Below are positions 63,437 through 64,000 of a DNA stretch of 64,000 nucleotides, one piece after another. How positions within the stretch are numbered: the stretch's first letter is position 1; each line of letters starts with the position of its first letter. A program made the translations under genes and the position numbers. The stretch is from Azolla caroliniana (Eukaryota; Plantae; Polypodiophyta): the NCBI GenBank assembly GCA_043228905.1, contig JBHGNT010000008.1:16988001-17052000 (forward strand). Direction: 5' to 3'. Below the pieces are notes generated by a model. The model had not been told where the DNA came from. It saw only the letters and a program-made list of their open reading frames with translations, and ran no database searches.

Positions 63437-64000
63437 ATGCGAGTGATGTCATGGAATGTTCAGGGGTTAGGGGGCCCCTTATATAGACGATACAAGTATC
63501 GTCTCCGTCAAGAAATTAACAAATGCATAGTGGGTGGATCCCTCGACTTTCTTTTAATACAAGAACATCATTTAAATACTTTTAGAATTTCTCGGTATGG
63601 TTCTATTTTATCTGGAAATTGGGACATGTTTTGGTCCCCCGCGATAGGCAACACGGAAGTCCGTGGTGGGGTTTGTATGGCTATTTCTCAGAGGTGGATT
63701 TCATCCATTATACAAAAACAAGTGATCATTCCTGGAAGGGCTCAATATGTTATTATGCAAGAGGGGGAGATTATATGGGGACTCCTGAATATATATGCTC
63801 CTAATACTGCTTCTGCTAGGCAACAATTTTGGAAAGAATTATTAGAGAATCTGCCTCCCCTTGATCATTGGTGTATCGCCGGTGACTTCAATATGCTTGA
63901 GGACCCCATTGATAGAATGGGAGGTAGCTCAACTACGATACATGGCCATGAATTAGCAATGTGGGAACAATTGGTGTTCTCCTTACAAATTTTAGATGCT
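63437..64000 (+). CDS. L1-type LINE ORF2, AP-endonuclease domain (partial, runs off window)
   Basis: Manual translation MRVMSWNVQGLG..LLIQEHH..LNIYAPN..WCIAGDFNM. Confidence 0.93.
   Translation, partial: MRVMSWNVQGLGGPLYRRYKYRLRQEINKCIVGGSLDFLLIQEHHLNTFRISRYGSILSGNWDMFWSPAIGNTEVRGGVCMAISQRWISSIIQKQVIIPGRAQYVIMQEGEIIWGLLNIYAPNTASARQQFWKELLENLPPLDHWCIAGDFNMLEDPIDRMGGSSTTIHGHELAMWEQLVFSLQILDA

Overview
Eukaryotic nuclear DNA, most likely from a non-seed land plant (inferred from plant genes with GT-AG introns plus Tcn1-like chromoviruses). It is dominated by nested retrotransposons. 1-15.7 kb is a nest of Ty3/gypsy and Ty1/copia pieces, including a very young complete chromovirus (6457-12122; 399-bp LTRs, TSD CTTGG). 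A 3-exon TLC-domain gene lies at 15984-18201. A complete non-chromovirus Ty3/gypsy with a ~920-codon extra ORF spans 19072-28496 (TSD TGGGT). A zinc-ribbon/XLG-like gene lies at ~36.0-38.8 kb (minus) and a second nest at 47.4-53.3 kb. The rest holds LINE fragments, SAM-synthetase and Tic20 pseudogenes, simple repeats and the 5' part of an L1-type LINE. Best candidate for an undescribed mechanism: the 19-28 kb element and a divergent relative at 48 kb have no polypurine tract next to the 3' LTR. Instead, 2 nt from the LTR they carry a copy of the 3' end of the same tRNA-Arg that their PBS matches, interrupted by a small hairpin, suggesting tRNA (or tRNA-mimic) priming of both cDNA strands. The chromoviruses show co-varying 12-nt self-priming signals, a fold-back junction exactly at that primer, heat-shock elements and a tRNA-like segment in U3. 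All calls were made by eye, and family and tRNA assignments from memory need database confirmation.
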